From: Ignavibacteriota bacterium
Lineage (GTDB): Bacteria; Bacteroidota; Ignavibacteria; UBA10030
NCBI GenBank assembly: GCA_963727825.1
Contig: CAVSHO010000011.1
Span: forward strand, 395,282-459,281
DNA: 64,000 nt
Direction of reading: 5' to 3'
Both the position numbers and the translations under genes were made by a program. This document shows, one piece after another, positions 60,372-64,000 of this stretch. Below the pieces are notes generated by a model. That model did no database searches, was not told the DNA's origin, and was given only the letters and a program-made list of their open reading frames with translations. The first letter of the stretch is position 1; each line of letters starts with the position of its first letter.

Positions 60372-60437
60372 AATTACTCCTTCCTAAAAGATGCGTCATT
60401 AAATTAATCGGAGATAGATAAGAGAATTATTGTAATA

Positions 60438-61730
60438 TCATTTTTTCTTTTTTTCTTCTTTGATCTGTCTTGTTAATTCTTGAACACGTTTCTTTGCATA
60501 ATTCATAAGTTGTTCATCATTCCCGGATGTATTTTGCAGAAATTTGTTATACCACTGCAATGCATTTTCCTTCCATTCCGGTGAGAAATCATAGCTCAGT
60601 GCTAATCCGTACATCGCTTGCGCATTTGCCGAAGACAAATCAATCGCTTGCTTATATGCATTGATGGCGCTAAACAACGATCGTTGTTTATAATATATCC
60701 CTCCAAGAGATGTAAGAATTGAAGCACTTAGGTCCAATGAATTTTTGGAAAGGATGTACGCCGTATTCAACTCGTTCTTTGCTGCATCTAAACTATCTTT
60801 TTTAAGAAGCGTTGAACCCAAATTGTAATGAGGTACAGGATTTAATGAATCAAGCCGTACGGCACGATCGAAATAGACAAGTGCCGAATCATACTCGCTT
60901 CTCGCATAGAACCAGCCACCTATACGTCCTAAATCCATAGCATTATAATCGCTTGAGAGATCAAAATATTTTTGCATAAACCGGATTGCAATAGAATAGT
61001 CCTCTTTTGTTTTACGCTGACTGAAACAAATTGCGAGTTTCCGGACCGCCGGAGAGGCATCTTTAAAATAAAATATCAACGACGAATACGCACCAAGAGC
61101 GTAATCGAAATTTTCCATTCCGAAATAAATATCGCCAAGAAGCATTTGTGCAGCATAACTTTTTTCGTCAAGCTTGATTGCCTTAAGTGCAAATGGCAAC
61201 GCTGTTTGATATTTCGTTGCAGACATAAGCCCACGCCCAACTGTTATCAATTCATCTATTGAATTTGTGTCTACAATCGTAAGTGCATCGTCAAATCGTT
61301 GAACGAGACACAATATTTTCAGCAGTTCGATACGGGCCGGTCGAAACGTAGAATCCCTTCTGATTGCTTCTTCATAATCTTTGATAGCTAGAGGAAACAA
61401 ACCTAAGCTCGCATTCACCCGACCGCGCTGAAAATATGAATCTTTCGAAAGACTATCATTATGAATCGAAATCGAAAAGTTCCCTTGTGCAAGCGGATAG
61501 TTTCCTAATTGATATTCGCATAATCCGGAATAATAATTTGCAAGCGTGTCATTTGTAGAATCATTCAAACACGCCTTCAATGTCGACGCCGCACCGCGAT
61601 AATCACCCTGCACAAACAATTGAATTCCGTGGTAACGCAAAGATACTGCAGAATCCAGCTTTGTTTGTGCAATTATTGCCTGGACGAAAACGCTAATAAC
61701 TATAAGAATTGCAGGTAGTATTCTATTCAT
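60438..61730 (-). CDS. Secreted tetratricopeptide-repeat protein
   Basis: Signal peptide and repeated TPR motifs. Confidence 0.88.
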   Translation of the reverse strand: MNRILPAILIVISVFVQAIIAQTKLDSAVSLRYHGIQLFVQGDYRGAASTLKACLNDSTNDTLANYYSGLCEYQLGNYPLAQGNFSISIHNDSLSKDSYFQRGRVNASLGLFPLAIKDYEEAIRRDSTFRPARIELLKILCLVQRFDDALTIVDTNSIDELITVGRGLMSATKYQTALPFALKAIKLDEKSYAAQMLLGDIYFGMENFDYALGAYSSLIFYFKDASPAVRKLAICFSQRKTKEDYSIAIRFMQKYFDLSSDYNAMDLGRIGGWFYARSEYDSALVYFDRAVRLDSLNPVPHYNLGSTLLKKDSLDAAKNELNTAYILSKNSLDLSASILTSLGGIYYKQRSLFSAINAYKQAIDLSSANAQAMYGLALSYDFSPEWKENALQWYNKFLQNTSGNDEQLMNYAKKRVQELTRQIKEEKKKK

Positions 61731-61835
61731 TTGAAACAAATATACATGTATAATTTTTTAAAAACAGAGCCATTTCCGGTTATTTTTTTTATATTAGAAG
61801 CATCGAAAAATCGTATTCAATCTGGATGTATAATT

Positions 61836-64000
61836 GTGATAAAGAGTATCGATTCATTTCAAACAAAAAGAATTCTCCATGCAGGCGGAAAAGATATGAC
61901 CATCTTTTCCCTTTCTGCATTGCAAAACTCCGTGGATATTCAGCTTTCGCGCCTCCCATTTTCCCTGCGAATTCTGCTGGAAAATCTGCTGCGTTATGAA
62001 GATGGAAAAATAGTACATAAAGAAGATATTGAAGCTTTGGTACGCTGGGATTCCAAAGCAAGACCGGATAAAGAAATTGCCTTCATGCCTGCACGCGTTT
62101 TATTACAGGATTTTACCGGCGTGCCTTGCATCGTTGATCTTGCGATAATGAGAGACGCGATGATCAGTATGGGTGGCGACCCGAATAAAATTAATCCAAT
62201 GCAACCTGTGGATCTTGTCATCGACCATTCTGTGCAGGTAGATGAATATGGAACTTCGGCAGCCCTCAGGAATAATACAACGTTAGAGTTTGAACGAAAC
62301 CGCGAACGGTATGCCTTTCTGCGCTGGGGACAGCAGGCATTTAAAAATTTCCGCGTCGTTCCGCCGGATACCGGCATTGTTCATCAAATTAATCTTGAAT
62401 ATCTTGCACAGGTCGTCTTTGCCTCACAGAACGACAGCGAAACACTTGCATATCCAGACACCGTTGTTGGTACCGACTCTCACACAACAATGATCAACGG
62501 ACTTGGCGTGCTTGGCTGGGGTGTAGGCGGTATCGAAGCAGAAGCGGCAATGCTTGGTCAACCTATTTCGATGCTGATTCCGCAAGTTGTTGGTTTCAAG
62601 CTGCACGGAAAACTGAAACCCGGCACGACCGCCACCGATCTTGTACTGACAATAACACAAATGCTGCGGAAAAAAGGTGTCGTAGGAAAGTTTGTTGAGT
62701 TCTTTGGTCCTGGACTTTCTTCGCTCGCACTTGCAGATCGAGCAACGATAGCGAATATGGCTCCAGAGTATGGCGCAACGATGGGTTTCTTCCCCGTTGA
62801 TGTTGAAACCATAAATTTCCTTCGTTTCACAGGACGGAACGAAGAAAAAATTACTTTAGTAGAATCATATCTAAAAGAACAAGGACTCATTCACACAGCA
62901 GATACACCAGATCCGGAGTTCTCTGAAATCATTGATTTTGATCTCGCCACTGTTGAACCAAGCATTGCTGGACCAAAGCGGCCACAAGACCGTATTCCAT
63001 TATCGAAGTCAAAGACTTCGTTCCGGTCATCACTCGTTGAAACACTAACAAGCAAAGGCGTATCCATAGACAAGATGGCTGCAGCTAATTGGGCATATTA
63101 TGCGGATGATTCTGTTAAACTTGATTTTCTTAAGAGTGTAGCTGTTGAAATTGGAGAATCTAAGTTCAATCTGCAGCATGGTTCTGTTGTAATCGCAGCA
63201 ATTACAAGTTGCACTAACACATCGAATCCTTCTTTGCTTATCACTGCCGGACTTCTTGCAAAGAAAGCATCTGAAAAAGGATTAAAATCAAAGCCATGGG
63301 TAAAAACAAGTCTCGCACCCGGCTCTAAAGTTGTCACTGAATATTTGCGCAACGCCAATCTAATACAGCCGCTTGAAGCGCTTGGGTTCAACATTGTCGG
63401 TTACGGCTGTACAACATGCATTGGCAATAGTGGCCCATTACCTGAAGTAATTTCGAGAGCAATTCAAGAAAACGATCTTATGGCAGCGGCAGTTCTTTCA
63501 GGCAACCGCAATTTTGAAGGACGTATCAATCCGAACACGAGCTCAAATTATCTTGCATCTCCGCCACTTGTCATAGCGTACGCACTTGCTGGTACAATGA
63601 ATATCGACTTCCTAATAGATCCTATTGGAACTGGAAAACATAACGAACCGATCTTTCTAAGGGACATCTGGCCGACATCACTTGAGATTGAACAAACGAT
63701 GCAGCAGAGTGTAAAATCAGAAATGTTCAAACAGGAATATTCCAACATATTTGAAGGCGAAGCGGAATGGAAGAATTTATCAGTACCTATAGGCGTACAG
63801 TATGCATGGGAATCAAATTCTACATACATCAAAGCAGCGCCGTATTTTGAAAATTTTCCACGCGAACCAAAACCTCTGCAAAATATCCACAATGCACACG
63901 TACTTGCCTTGCTTGGCGATTCTGTTACAACAGACCATATATCACCTGCCGGTTCCTTCAATGAAAAAAGTCCCGCAGGTGAATTTCTTATTGCACATGG
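61836..64000 (+). CDS. acnA: Aconitate hydratase A, truncated by the window edge
   Basis: [86 protein letters not shown]. Confidence 0.98.
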   Translation, partial: MIKSIDSFQTKRILHAGGKDMTIFSLSALQNSVDIQLSRLPFSLRILLENLLRYEDGKIVHKEDIEALVRWDSKARPDKEIAFMPARVLLQDFTGVPCIVDLAIMRDAMISMGGDPNKINPMQPVDLVIDHSVQVDEYGTSAALRNNTTLEFERNRERYAFLRWGQQAFKNFRVVPPDTGIVHQINLEYLAQVVFASQNDSETLAYPDTVVGTDSHTTMINGLGVLGWGVGGIEAEAAMLGQPISMLIPQVVGFKLHGKLKPGTTATDLVLTITQMLRKKGVVGKFVEFFGPGLSSLALADRATIANMAPEYGATMGFFPVDVETINFLRFTGRNEEKITLVESYLKEQGLIHTADTPDPEFSEIIDFDLATVEPSIAGPKRPQDRIPLSKSKTSFRSSLVETLTSKGVSIDKMAAANWAYYADDSVKLDFLKSVAVEIGESKFNLQHGSVVIAAITSCTNTSNPSLLITAGLLAKKASEKGLKSKPWVKTSLAPGSKVVTEYLRNANLIQPLEALGFNIVGYGCTTCIGNSGPLPEVISRAIQENDLMAAAVLSGNRNFEGRINPNTSSNYLASPPLVIAYALAGTMNIDFLIDPIGTGKHNEPIFLRDIWPTSLEIEQTMQQSVKSEMFKQEYSNIFEGEAEWKNLSVPIGVQYAWESNSTYIKAAPYFENFPREPKPLQNIHNAHVLALLGDSVTTDHISPAGSFNEKSPAGEFLIAH

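Noticed and set aside
61789-63961. Short minus-strand ORFs in the ORF track (and similar shadow ORFs elsewhere)
   Set aside because: Antisense shadows of acnA and other real genes; acnA is missing from the track only because it runs off the window.

Overview
AT-rich bacterial chromosome segment, most likely from an Ignavibacteria-like (Bacteroidota/Chlorobiota, FCB) organism, judging by 'QNYPNPFNP...TKKMLLLK' T9SS-type C-terminal sorting domains, a group II GGGP synthase and a YGAxEL-type TonB. Housekeeping blocks: HIT-icd-clpS-alaS-GGGPS-gmhA-wcaJ-like (2-11 kb); TPR/beta-barrel/SPOR/TonB operon (11.6-18.3 kb); a split carB (51.6-55.7 kb); acnA at the right end. An accessory region (18.4-46 kb) holds a 1276-aa STAND NTPase with a nuclease-like N-terminus, an M1-peptidase homologue lacking its zinc motif, an ECF sigma/CPBP protease/anti-sigma unit, two class III nucleotide cyclases and T9SS-secreted 14- and 7-blade beta-propeller proteins. 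A small mobile-element relic (55.8-58.6 kb) carries an IS1 fragment and an NYN nuclease. The strongest unexplained signals are (i) three related 220-320 bp intergenic fold-back elements with compensatory arm changes, spaced between unrelated genes like cassette recombination sites but with no integrase in view, and (ii) two small minus-strand RNAs, each with its own promoter and terminator and facing a convergent promoter, one of them antisense to the NYN nuclease leader. Several genes, including essential alaS, have single-base indels in short runs, so many frameshifts are probably assembly errors. All calls come from reading the sequence and motif recall; no searches were run.
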